DNA from: an uncultured Verrucomicrobiae bacterium
GTDB taxonomy: Bacteria; Verrucomicrobiota; Verrucomicrobiia; Chthoniobacterales; Chthoniobacteraceae
Reading direction: 5' to 3'
Length of the DNA stretch: 64,000 nt
NCBI GenBank assembly: GCA_963836755.1
Contig: CAWIKF010000002.1
Location: 1,632,001-1,696,000, forward strand
In this document: piece after piece, positions 1 through 9,130 of the stretch
Layout of the letters: each line of letters starts with the position of its first letter
How positions within the stretch are numbered: the stretch's first letter is position 1
Translations under genes and position numbers: made by a program
The notes under the pieces: model-generated
The model's database searches: none
The model's input: only the letters and a program-made list of their open reading frames with translations
What the model was told of the DNA's origin: nothing

Positions 1-933
1 GTCCGGCGCGTAAAGCGCCTCGGCGCCCCGCTGCACCGGATAGCTGACGCCGTTAAACTTTGTGCTCATCCGCCGCGCCCAGAGCGGATGCAGCGGCCGC
101 GCCTCGCCGTTGCGCGCGCGTGCCGTCAAACTTTTCGGCACCACGGTAAAAGCGCAGCGCACGCCGGTGAAGCCGCCGTTTTTTGAGAAAGAGCGAAACT
201 CGATCGCGCAATCGCGCGCGCCGGGAATCTCGAAAATCGAATGCGGCAAACTTTCGTCCGCGATGTAAGCCTCGTAAGCCGCATCATAAAGAATGATCGC
301 CTCGTGCTGCCGCGCGTAATCGACCCACGCCGCGAGCTGCTCGCGCGTCGCCGTCGCGCCGGTCGGGTTGTTCGGGTAACAGAGGTAAACGATGTCGACC
401 TTGCGCTTTGGAATTTCCGGCACGAAGCCATTCGCCGATGTGCACGGCAGATAGGTCATCCCCTCGAACCCGCCGAGCTCGTTCCCCGGGCCGGTGTGGC
501 CAGCCATGACATTCGTGTCGACATAAACCGGATACACCGGATCCATCACAGCGATTTCATTTTCGTGGCCGAAAATATCGAGGATGTTTCCGCAGTCGCA
601 TTTCGAACCGTCGGAGACAAAAATTTCGTCGTCGGCGATCTCGATGCCGCGCGCGCGGAAATCATTTTCGGCAATCGCTGCGCGCAAAAATTCATAACCT
701 TGCTCCGGTCCGTAACCGCGAAACGTCTCACGATGCGCCAGCTCATCGACCGCCTTGTGCATTGCCGCAATCGCAGCCGCCGGCAGCGGCTCGGTCACAT
801 CGCCGATGCCGCAGCGAATCATCTTCGCAGCCGACTCGGGATGCGTTTCGCAAAAAGTCGCGACGCGCCGCGCGATTTCAGGAAACAAATAGCCGGCGCG
901 CAACTTCAGAAAATTATCGTTGAGAAAAGCCAT
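1..933 (-). CDS. dapL: LL-diaminopimelate aminotransferase (3' end runs off the window)
   Basis: Manual minus-strand translation from ATG at 933: [24 protein letters not shown]...[13 protein letters not shown]...[12 protein letters not shown]...NNPTG...[13 protein letters not shown]. Absent from the ORF track because it is truncated. Confidence 0.9.
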   Translation of the reverse strand, partial: MAFLNDNFLKLRAGYLFPEIARRVATFCETHPESAAKMIRCGIGDVTEPLPAAAIAAMHKAVDELAHRETFRGYGPEQGYEFLRAAIAENDFRARGIEIADDEIFVSDGSKCDCGNILDIFGHENEIAVMDPVYPVYVDTNVMAGHTGPGNELGGFEGMTYLPCTSANGFVPEIPKRKVDIVYLCYPNNPTGATATREQLAAWVDYARQHEAIILYDAAYEAYIADESLPHSIFEIPGARDCAIEFRSFSKNGGFTGVRCAFTVVPKSLTARARNGEARPLHPLWARRMSTKFNGVSYPVQRGAEALYAPD

Positions 934-1046
934 CGTCGGAAAAAAGCAACGTTACAGATGAACATGGATGCTGTGCAAATGTGGAGCAAAACGTTTTCGC
1001 TCGAAAAATCGGGAACGCGCACGCACGTTGAGACACTTTTTTCCGC

Positions 1047-3050
1047 ATGGCGAGCTTTCGACTTTTTGACCTCAATCCCGAGCAGGAAAAGGCAGTTCGC
1101 GCGACCGAAGGCCCACTGCTGATTCTCGCCGGCGCGGGCACAGGCAAGACGCGCGTCATCACCGCACGCGTGGCATTTTTGCTCGCGCAGAACGTCGACC
1201 CGACGCACATCCTCGCGGTCACATTCACGAATAAAGCCGCGAAGGAAATGCGCGAGCGCCTCGCAACGATCGTCGAAAAAGAGCAGGCAAAAAAAGTGAC
1301 GATGTGCACTTTTCACGCGCTCTGCCTGCGCATCCTGCGCGGCGGCATCGACCGGCTCGGCTACAAAAACAATTTCAGCATTTACGACGAGGGCGACCAG
1401 CTCGGCTTAATCAAAAAAATCATCACGCGCACCGCGGCTCGCGATGAAAAACTCGATCCAAATCTCGCAAAGAACCTGATTAGCAAAGCGAAAAACAGCG
1501 GCTGGTCTGCGCCCGAAAATGAAGAAACCCTGATCGCAGCAGTGTTTGCGCGCTATCAGCTCGAGATGAAAAATCTGAACGCCGTCGATTTTGACGACCT
1601 GCTTTTGCTGACCGTGAAACTGCTGAACGAGCATCCGGAGGTTCGCGCGAAATGGCAGGAACGGTTCCGCTACCTCATGGTCGACGAATTTCAGGACACC
1701 AATAAGTTGCAGCTCGAGCTCGTGAGCTTGCTCGCCGATGCGAAAAAAAACGTGGCGGTCGTCGGCGATGATGACCAGTCGATCTACGGATGGCGCGGTG
1801 CAGACGTTTCGAACATTTTGGAATTCGAGCATCATTTTTCGAATCCGACGGTTGTTAAACTGGAGCAAAACTACCGTTCGACAAATGCGATTCTCGGCAC
1901 CGCGAATTCGTTGATTAAAAACAACCCGCGCCGCCGCGCGAAGGCGCTCTGGAGCGCGGGCGATGCGGGCGAGAACGTGCGTGTCATTCAGATGCCTGAC
2001 GATCGCGAGGAAGCAAAGTTTGTGATCGAAGACATCCAGCGCCGCAACTTCGCAGAAGGCGATCCGTGGGAAAGATTTGCCGTGCTTTACCGCATGAATG
2101 CGCAGTCTCGTTTGCTCGAGGAGAATCTTCGGCGGCTGAGCATTCCGTATCGGATCGTCGGTGGAAAAAGTTTCTTCGATCGCCGCGAGATCAAGGATTT
2201 GATCGCCTATGCGACCTGCCTCATCAACACGGACGACGACGTCAGTTTGCTGCGCATCATCAACACACCAGCGCGCGGCATCGGCGCATCGATCACAGAG
2301 CGTGCGCTGGCGCACAGTGTCGAGACGAAGTGCAGTTTGTTCGCTGCATTGCAGTCGGAATCTTTCCTTGAAACGATCAGCGCACGCGCCCGGAACGCGA
2401 TCTCGGAATTCGCAACGCTGCTCGATTCTTACGAGACGCGCATTCACACGCCGCTGACTGATCCGGCGGAAATTCTGCGCAACCTGATTGAGGAAACCGG
2501 CTACATCGCGGATCTGCGTCGCACCTGCAAAAGCAGTGATGAAGCCGATTCGCGGGCAAACAATGTCGCGGAAATGTTGACCGCGCTCACCCAATACCAG
2601 CAGCGGGCGAACGGCGGCCTGCAAGGTTTTCTCGACGAAGTTTCACTCGATCAAGATCGCGAAGAGGAAAAAAAAGATGATGGCCGCGGCATTACGCTCA
2701 TCACCTTGCACGCGGCAAAAGGTCTCGAGTTTCCGCACGTTTACCTGGTCGGGCTCGAAGAGGATCTGCTGCCGCACTCGCGTTCGAAGACGGAAGGGAC
2801 GGTCGATGAAGAACGACGGTTGTTATACGTCGGTATCACACGTGCGATGCGGGCGCTCACGCTCACGTGGTGTCGTCAGCGGATCAAATTTGGAAGCGTC
2901 GCGCCGTGTCATGCGAGTTCGTTCATCAAGGAGCTCGCGCCGGATTTGGTCGACCACGTCGACGTCGTAAAACTTCTCAACACGCCAGTCGCGGAAGGGA
3001 CGGCGCAAATGCGCTTCGCGCAGATGCGGGCTGCGTTAAAAGGAAACTAG
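1047..3050 (+). CDS. ATP-dependent SF1 DNA helicase, UvrD/Rep/PcrA family
   Basis: LAGAGTGKT Walker A, VTFTNKAA, VDEFQD, VGDDDQSIY, LEQNYRS, TLHAAKGLEF, EERRLLYVGITRA. Confidence 0.95.
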   Translation: MASFRLFDLNPEQEKAVRATEGPLLILAGAGTGKTRVITARVAFLLAQNVDPTHILAVTFTNKAAKEMRERLATIVEKEQAKKVTMCTFHALCLRILRGGIDRLGYKNNFSIYDEGDQLGLIKKIITRTAARDEKLDPNLAKNLISKAKNSGWSAPENEETLIAAVFARYQLEMKNLNAVDFDDLLLLTVKLLNEHPEVRAKWQERFRYLMVDEFQDTNKLQLELVSLLADAKKNVAVVGDDDQSIYGWRGADVSNILEFEHHFSNPTVVKLEQNYRSTNAILGTANSLIKNNPRRRAKALWSAGDAGENVRVIQMPDDREEAKFVIEDIQRRNFAEGDPWERFAVLYRMNAQSRLLEENLRRLSIPYRIVGGKSFFDRREIKDLIAYATCLINTDDDVSLLRIINTPARGIGASITERALAHSVETKCSLFAALQSESFLETISARARNAISEFATLLDSYETRIHTPLTDPAEILRNLIEETGYIADLRRTCKSSDEADSRANNVAEMLTALTQYQQRANGGLQGFLDEVSLDQDREEEKKDDGRGITLITLHAAKGLEFPHVYLVGLEEDLLPHSRSKTEGTVDEERRLLYVGITRAMRALTLTWCRQRIKFGSVAPCHASSFIKELAPDLVDHVDVVKLLNTPVAEGTAQMRFAQMRAALKGN

Positions 3051-3053
3051 ACA

Positions 3054-3764
3054 ATGAACATCCACTGCTTTCAGCACGCGCCATTCGAGGGTCTCGGGAA
3101 AATCGAAGAGTGGATTCACGAGCAGGGTCACACTTTGACGACGACGCACTTTCATCTTGGCGAAGAACCGCCGGCGCTCGATTCGGTTGACTGGCTGATC
3201 GTCCTCGGCGGCGCGATGAATGTTTACGAATACCGCGCCTATCCGTGGCTGCGCGAGGAGAAGCGGTTTTTGGAAAAAGCGATCGAAACTGGCAGAGCTG
3301 TGCTTGGCATTTGTCTCGGCGCGCAGCTGATCGCCGATGTGCTTGGCGCAAAGGTTTACCAAAACCGTGAGATCGAGATTGGCTGGTGGCCGGTGCGTTT
3401 TCACGAAAGCGCCGCAACGATCGCGGCATTCAAAAAGTTTCCGCGCGAGCTTACACCGTTGCATTGGCACGGCGATACGTTCGATTTGCCGCCGGGCGCA
3501 CTCGCGATCGCTGAGAGTGACGGCTGCAAACATCAGGCGTTCGCGCTCGGCGAAAACATTGTCGGGCTGCAATTCCACATCGAGGTTCGCCATGAGGAAA
3601 TCACGGCGTTCGTCGAAGATTGCCGCGAGTCGGAGTCAAAGTTTGTGCAAACGCGCGAGCAGATTCTTGGAGGCGAAAGTCATCTAAGCGAGATCCACGG
3701 GGCGCTGCGCCATCTGCTCGAAAGCCTGGCGCAATCGATAGCGCCGAAAAAAAGCGAAGCCTGA
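3054..3764 (+). CDS. Type 1 glutamine amidotransferase (GMP-synthase-like GATase)
   Basis: LGICLGAQL nucleophile elbow, HWHGDTF, GLQFHIE. Confidence 0.9.
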   Translation: MNIHCFQHAPFEGLGKIEEWIHEQGHTLTTTHFHLGEEPPALDSVDWLIVLGGAMNVYEYRAYPWLREEKRFLEKAIETGRAVLGICLGAQLIADVLGAKVYQNREIEIGWWPVRFHESAATIAAFKKFPRELTPLHWHGDTFDLPPGALAIAESDGCKHQAFALGENIVGLQFHIEVRHEEITAFVEDCRESESKFVQTREQILGGESHLSEIHGALRHLLESLAQSIAPKKSEA

Positions 3765-3771
3765 ACGTTTG

Positions 3772-4950
3772 TCAAACGTTGAAGCGGAACTCAACGACGT
3801 CGCCGTCTTGCACGACGTATTCCTTGCCTTCGATCCGAAGCTTTCCAGCCTCGCGCGCCTTTGCGGATGAGCCGAGGCGGATCAAGTCGGCATAATGCAC
3901 GACTTCCGCGGCGATAAAGCCGCGTTCAAAATCGGTGTGAATCACGCCGGCGGCGGCGGGCGCCTTGTCGCCTGCGCGGATCGTCCAGGCGCGCGTCTCT
4001 TGTTCGCCAGTTGTCAAATAAGTGCGAAGCCCGAGCAAATGATAAACCGCGCGAATCAGTGAACCGACGCCACTGCCTTGCACGCCGAGATCTTTTAAAT
4101 ATTCCGCGGCTTCCTCGGCGGATAAATCGACGAGTTCGCTCTCGATCTGCGCGCTGATGACCACCGCTTCGGTCGCGAGATGCGCGCGGACGTAATCGCG
4201 CACAGCCTTCACGCAACGCGCCGCGGAGGTCTGCTCGCTCGCCTCGGTTTCATCGGCGGGCAGGCCGCCTTCCTGCTCGTCCATGTTTTCCAACTGCGCG
4301 GCGAGGCTTGCCAGATCAGCTTCCGCGACGTTGCAGGCAAACAGAACGGGCTTTGACGTCAGCAGAAAAAAGTCGCGCGCGATTTTGGTTTCCTCATCGG
4401 TCAGCGTCAAAGTGTTCGCCGGTTTTCCTTCGTTCAAATGCGGCAGCAATTTCTCGATCACAGCCGTCTCTGCCTTTGCAAGCTTGTCGCCGGCGCGCAC
4501 ATTTTTGTGAAGACGTTCCGCGCGCTTTTGCAACGCCGCCATGTCTGCAAGCACGAGTTCGGTGTTGATGACTTCGATGTCGCGAATCGGGTCGATCGAG
4601 CCGGCGACGTGATGGATGTCCGCGTCTTCAAAACAGCGGACGACCTGCACGATCGCGTGCACTTCGCGGATGTGGCTGAGAAATTGATTGCCGAGTCCTT
4701 CGCCTTCGCTCGCGCCTTTCACGAGCCCGGCGATGTCGACGAATTCGATCGCGGCGGGAACAAGTTTTTTTGAATGGGAAAGATCGGACAGCGCCTGCAG
4801 CCGCGGGTCGGGAACGATGACGATGCCTTGATTCGGATCGATCGTGCAGAACGGATAGTTCGCCGCCTGCGCCTTGCGCGTGCGTGTGACAGCGTTAAAC
4901 AGTGTGGATTTTCCGACGTTCGGGAGGCCGACGATTCCTGCGCTCAACAT
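3772..4950 (-). CDS. ychF: Redox-regulated Obg-family ATPase YchF
   Basis: GIVGLPNVGKST, NYPFCTIDPN, DIAGLV, C-terminal TGS domain ending EGKEYVVQDGDVVEFRFNV. Confidence 0.97.
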   Translation of the reverse strand: MLSAGIVGLPNVGKSTLFNAVTRTRKAQAANYPFCTIDPNQGIVIVPDPRLQALSDLSHSKKLVPAAIEFVDIAGLVKGASEGEGLGNQFLSHIREVHAIVQVVRCFEDADIHHVAGSIDPIRDIEVINTELVLADMAALQKRAERLHKNVRAGDKLAKAETAVIEKLLPHLNEGKPANTLTLTDEETKIARDFFLLTSKPVLFACNVAEADLASLAAQLENMDEQEGGLPADETEASEQTSAARCVKAVRDYVRAHLATEAVVISAQIESELVDLSAEEAAEYLKDLGVQGSGVGSLIRAVYHLLGLRTYLTTGEQETRAWTIRAGDKAPAAAGVIHTDFERGFIAAEVVHYADLIRLGSSAKAREAGKLRIEGKEYVVQDGDVVEFRFNV

Positions 4951-4997
4951 AAGGCGGTGACGTTAGCCAACGCGCCGCAACGCCGCACGGGAAATTT

Positions 4998-5381
4998 TTA
5001 CTGCGGATAGTATTCCGGATATTTGAGGTCCTTGCGGAAAAACGCATCGACCGCGACGCCGACCCAATAAAGCGGCAGCACCAAAAATCCGAAGAACATG
5101 AAAAACGTGATGCTCCACAAAATGCACATCGCGCCGCCGAGCGCGAGGAACGCAGCGAGCTTCGTGTGGCCTTTGTAAAAATGTCCGGCGCCGGGCCAGA
5201 TGAAACTCAGGATCGCAGCAATGGGATCGCGCGGGTTGCGCGGTCGCGTCGGATCTTCACCCTCGGGCAATCGCACCCAGTCGCAGCGGCTGCATTCGTT
5301 GGGATTCTCGAGCGGCGCGTCGCAGAGCGGGCAGCGCGCGGGAGCGGTGGTCGCGGGGATTTGGGATTCGATGGCTGGCAT
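4998..5381 (-). CDS. Small membrane protein with N-terminal zinc ribbon
   Basis: Start ATG 5381 with GGAG upstream; CPLC...CSRC, then LSFIWPGAGHFY (TM2-like motif) and hydrophobic helices. Confidence 0.65.
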   Translation of the reverse strand: MPAIESQIPATTAPARCPLCDAPLENPNECSRCDWVRLPEGEDPTRPRNPRDPIAAILSFIWPGAGHFYKGHTKLAAFLALGGAMCILWSITFFMFFGFLVLPLYWVGVAVDAFFRKDLKYPEYYPQ

Positions 5382-5439
5382 ATTGAAGTCTCCTCGCGCA
5401 AAATCTAAACCTGAAACGCGCCCCGCGGCAACTAAACTG

Positions 5440-6195
5440 ATGTCCACTCTTCGCAAGATCACGAGCCAACTCGACGACTTTCTCGACATCGCGAACATCG
5501 CGGACTGGCCGAATGCGCTCAACGGATTGCAGCTGGAAAATTCCGGCGCGGTGAAAAAAATCGGCGCGGCAGTCGATGCATGCGAACCAGTGATCGCGGA
5601 ATCGGCGTGGCGCGGCGTGAGTTTGCTGCTGGTGCATCATGGACTTTTTTGGCAGGGCGCGCAGCCGATTCGCGATGCGCTTCATCGCAAAATCAAAACA
5701 GCGCTCGATCACGACATCGCGATTTACAGCGCACATCTGCCGCTCGACGTGCATCCGCGCGTCGGCAACAACGCGCTGCTCTGCGCGGCGCTCGGCTTTA
5801 AAGAAACGGAGCCATTCTTTTTTGAAAAAGGTCGACATCTCGGCTTGCGCACTCACGCGCCGCAAAGTCGCGCACAACTCGCGAAGCGGCTTGAACAGAC
5901 GCTTGGCGGGCCGGTGCGTGTTTGCGCTGGCGGACCGGAACGCGTGGCGCGCATCGGTGTGGTCACTGGCGGCGCAGGCGCGGAAATCTACAAAGCGGCG
6001 GGCGAGGGGATCGATACTTTCATCACGGGCGAAGGGCCGCACTGGAGCTTTACGGCGGCGGAGGAGCTTGGCGTCAATGTTTTCTACGGCGGGCATTACG
6101 CGACCGAAACATTTGGCGTGAAAGCGCTCGCCGCGCATCTTTCAAAAAAATGGAAACTGCCGTGGGAATTTCTCGATCATCCGACGGGACTTTGA
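5440..6195 (+). CDS. Nif3-like dinuclear metal-centre protein (YbgI family)
   Basis: NGLQLE, HHGLFW, HLPLDVHP..GNN, TGE, GGHYATE, C-terminal DHPTGL. Confidence 0.93.
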   Translation: MSTLRKITSQLDDFLDIANIADWPNALNGLQLENSGAVKKIGAAVDACEPVIAESAWRGVSLLLVHHGLFWQGAQPIRDALHRKIKTALDHDIAIYSAHLPLDVHPRVGNNALLCAALGFKETEPFFFEKGRHLGLRTHAPQSRAQLAKRLEQTLGGPVRVCAGGPERVARIGVVTGGAGAEIYKAAGEGIDTFITGEGPHWSFTAAEELGVNVFYGGHYATETFGVKALAAHLSKKWKLPWEFLDHPTGL

Positions 6196-6806
6196 CGGAC
6201 GCGCTGCCGCGCACTTTTTTCCAACGCGATCCGGTGACGTGCGCGCGCGAGCTGATCGGCTGCGAGCTCGTCTGGAATGACTGCGCGGGAATCGTGGTGG
6301 AAACGGAAGCTTACGCGGCGATCAACGACGAAGCCTGCCACACATTTCGCCGGCCGAGCGCACGGGAGTTCATCGCGCGGCATGAGGCGGGCGCGGCTTA
6401 CGTTTATTTTAATTACGGCATGCACTGGATGCTGAACGTGCTCGTGAAAAACGGGACGGAAGATGGATTCGTGCTTCTGCGCGCGCTCGAGCCGACGCGC
6501 GGGATCGACCGAATGCGGCAACGACGCAGGTCAAAGTTTAAAACGGAATATTCGCTGCTCGCGCTTTGCTCCGGGCCCGGAAAATTGGCGCAGGCGCTCG
6601 CTGTGAACGGCAGCGATCACGGGCGCGATTTGTGCGCAGGAGAAATGATGCGCTTTTCCAAAAGTTTGACCGACGTAAACGCGGTGAGCGATGTGCGCAT
6701 CGGAATCTCAAAGGCTGCGCATCTGCCGTGGCGGTTTCTTTTTCCCGGCAGCGAATTCATCAGCGTGAAACCGCGCACTTGCATCAAAGTTCGCCGCAAA
6801 AAATAA
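6192..6806 (+). CDS. DNA-3-methyladenine glycosylase (MPG/AAG family)
   Basis: TTG start overlapping the upstream TGA; ARELIG, IVVETEAY, AYVYFNYGMHWMLNV, VLLRALEP, SGPGKL, RIGISKA..PWRF. Confidence 0.92.
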   Translation: MTDALPRTFFQRDPVTCARELIGCELVWNDCAGIVVETEAYAAINDEACHTFRRPSAREFIARHEAGAAYVYFNYGMHWMLNVLVKNGTEDGFVLLRALEPTRGIDRMRQRRRSKFKTEYSLLALCSGPGKLAQALAVNGSDHGRDLCAGEMMRFSKSLTDVNAVSDVRIGISKAAHLPWRFLFPGSEFISVKPRTCIKVRRKK

Positions 6807-6841
6807 AAAGGCCAGACCGGGTTGCCCACGGTCTGGCCTTT
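6807..6841. terminator. Bidirectional intrinsic terminator
   Basis: Perfect 13-bp inverted repeat aaaggccagaccg / cggtctggccttt between convergent genes. Confidence 0.8.
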
Positions 6842-6853
6842 AAAATGGCCGTG

Positions 6854-6973
6854 TTACTTCGAATAGGTCGAATGATGGCTCATGGTCGAGGAGCTGCTTG
6901 CCTCTTCTTTGTGAGCACAAGCGCTCAGGCCGACGACGGCTGCTGCGACTGCAATGATGGTGAGAATTTTCAT
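6854..6973 (-). CDS. 39-aa small lipoprotein (not in ORF track)
   Basis: MKILTIIAVAAAVVGLSACAHKEEASSSSTMSHHSTYSK; LSAC lipobox; GAAAGGAGG Shine-Dalgarno upstream; terminator immediately downstream. Confidence 0.8.
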   Translation of the reverse strand: MKILTIIAVAAAVVGLSACAHKEEASSSSTMSHHSTYSK

Positions 6974-7087
6974 GGATGAATTTCGCCTCCTTTCTTTAGC
7001 GTGTTGCTGGTTTGGTTCTATGCTGATTTGTTTAAACGAAACAACGGATTTGTTTCCGTTTTGTCGTTTATTCGCCGGTTCGGCTCA

Positions 7088-7549
7088 TCATGGCTGTATG
7101 ACGACTGGCGTGCCGGGGTCGACGGCGTCGAAAAGCGTGATGATGTCGACGTTGCTCATTCGCACGCAGCCGTGGCTGGCGGGCGTGCCGATGTCGCGCT
7201 CGTGATTCGTGCCGTGAATGTAGATGTAGCGCTCGCGCGTGTTTGCGTTTTCTGGGTCGAGTCCCTCGAGCCACAAAATGCGCGTCTGCACGTGATCGTC
7301 CGGCTGGTCGTCGCTCCCGAATTCGCCCGTCGGCACGCGACCTTTGAAAATCATTCCCGCAGCTGCGCCGTCGCCTAATTTTTCAGCGACGACGAAGTTT
7401 CCGAGCGGCGTGCGGAAGCTTCCGGGTTCGGTGCCGATGCCGAACTTTGAAGTCGAGACGGGAAAAGTTTGGCAAACATTCTCGCCATCGCGCAGCTCGA
7501 GAATCTGCCGCTCGACGCTGATGTGGATGGAGCGATTCGGCGCCTGCAT
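7088..7549 (-). CDS. L,D-transpeptidase (YkuD) family protein
   Basis: FPVSTS, RTPLG, IYIHGT...PASHGCVRM catalytic motif. Confidence 0.9.
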   Translation of the reverse strand: MQAPNRSIHISVERQILELRDGENVCQTFPVSTSKFGIGTEPGSFRTPLGNFVVAEKLGDGAAAGMIFKGRVPTGEFGSDDQPDDHVQTRILWLEGLDPENANTRERYIYIHGTNHERDIGTPASHGCVRMSNVDIITLFDAVDPGTPVVIQP

Positions 7550-7660
7550 TTTCCATACATTGCACGCTGCGGCTCGATTTTGAAAGCACGCGAGCACGCC
7601 CGAACTTTTTTCGCGACAAAGCATTTACAGCGTTCGTTCCTCCGCTAATGTTCGCACTTC

Positions 7661-9130
7661 ATGTCCCGTTTTTTCCTGCGGATCGCGGTGGGTTTGGTGC
7701 TGAGCAGTATCGCCGTGCGCGCAGTGGCGGCGGACATTCGCAAGAGTTTGATCCGCATCACCACGACGGAGCAGGATCCGAATTATCGCGTGCCGTGGAC
7801 GCCTGGAAATATCAGCGGCGGCGTCGGTGCGGGATTCGTGATCGATGGGCAAAGGGTGCTGACGAATGCGCACGTCGTGAGCAATGCGCGGTTTCTTTCG
7901 CTGGAAAAAGAAAACGATCCGAAGAAATACATGGCAACGGTCGAGCACATCGCGCACGACTGCGACCTCGCGGTTTTAAATGTCGCCGATCCTGATTTTT
8001 TCAAGGACACCGTGCCGCTGAATCTCGGACCGCTTCCCGCGATCGAGTCACGCGTGTCGGTTTATGGTTATCCGATCGGCGGCGAGCGATTGTCGGTGAC
8101 GCAGGGCATCGTGTCGCGCATCGATTTTCAGACTTACACGCATTCGTTGGTCGACCAGCACTTGGCGATTCAGATCGACGCCGCGATTAATCCGGGCAAC
8201 AGCGGCGGACCGGTGATGCAGGATGGCAAAGTCGTCGGCGTGGCATTTCAAGGTTACGGTGGCGACGTCGCGCAGGGTGTTGGTTACATGATCCCGACGC
8301 CGGTGATTTCGCGATTTTTGAAAGACATCGCGGACGGGGTTTACGACAAATACATGGACCTCTCGATCATCACATTCAATCTGCCGAACCCGGCGATGCG
8401 GCGTGCGCTCGGCCTCGCGGATAATGATCGCGGCGTAATGGTGAGCAATGTGCAGGCCGCCGGCTGCTCTGCCGGAAAATTGGACGTCGGGGACGTGCTC
8501 CTGAGCATCGACGGACATCCGATTGGGAGCGACGGGTTCGTGGAATTGGAAGGCGAGCGCGTGCAGATGGGCGAGGTGGTCGAGCGGAAATTCAAGGGCG
8601 ATGATGTGAAGTTGCACATCCTCCGCGACCAAAAAGAAATGGACGTGACGATCGTGCTAACCCAGGCGTGGCCATATAATATGCAGGCGAACAGCTACGA
8701 CGCGCAGCCGCGCTACGTCTTGTTCGGCGGACTTTTGTTCCAGCCGCTCTCGCGAAATTTTCTCGAGGCTTATCAAATCACCGATCTACGCGTGCGATTT
8801 TATTTCGACTTTTTCCTTTCGGATGAAATTTATCGCGCGCATCCGGAAGTGATCATCCTCAGCTCGATCCTGCCCGACCCGATCAACACGTATCTCGGCG
8901 AGTTTCGGGACGGCATCGTCGACGAGGTCAACGGGACGAAAATCAAAACGCTCGATGACATGGCAAATGAATTTCGAAAACCGGCGAAAGAATATGTCAT
9001 CAAGCTTGTCGGCATCGGCCGGCCGCTGGTGCTCGAGCGCGCTGCCGTGGAAGCGGCGAGGCAGCGCATCATGACGCGATACGATGTGTTGAAAGAACAA
9101 AACCTGCGCGACAATGCCAATGTGCCGTAA
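7661..9130 (+). CDS. Secreted HtrA/Deg serine protease with PDZ domains (plant DEG2/DEG9-like architecture)
   Basis: Signal peptide; triad motifs TNAHVV, DCDLA, DAAINPGNSGGP; C-terminal PRYVLFGGLLFQPLS second-PDZ region. Confidence 0.92.
   Translation: MSRFFLRIAVGLVLSSIAVRAVAADIRKSLIRITTTEQDPNYRVPWTPGNISGGVGAGFVIDGQRVLTNAHVVSNARFLSLEKENDPKKYMATVEHIAHDCDLAVLNVADPDFFKDTVPLNLGPLPAIESRVSVYGYPIGGERLSVTQGIVSRIDFQTYTHSLVDQHLAIQIDAAINPGNSGGPVMQDGKVVGVAFQGYGGDVAQGVGYMIPTPVISRFLKDIADGVYDKYMDLSIITFNLPNPAMRRALGLADNDRGVMVSNVQAAGCSAGKLDVGDVLLSIDGHPIGSDGFVELEGERVQMGEVVERKFKGDDVKLHILRDQKEMDVTIVLTQAWPYNMQANSYDAQPRYVLFGGLLFQPLSRNFLEAYQITDLRVRFYFDFFLSDEIYRAHPEVIILSSILPDPINTYLGEFRDGIVDEVNGTKIKTLDDMANEFRKPAKEYVIKLVGIGRPLVLERAAVEAARQRIMTRYDVLKEQNLRDNANVP

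Noticed and set aside
241..1122. 293-aa plus-strand ORF
   Set aside because: Antisense shadow of dapL; no recognisable motifs
1407..2624. 405-aa minus-strand ORF
   Set aside because: Antisense to the helicase; typical high-GC shadow ORF
1047..3764. Helicase + GATase as an anti-phage system
   Set aside because: Helicase is an ordinary housekeeping UvrD/Rep type with backbone composition and no nuclease or ATPase partner
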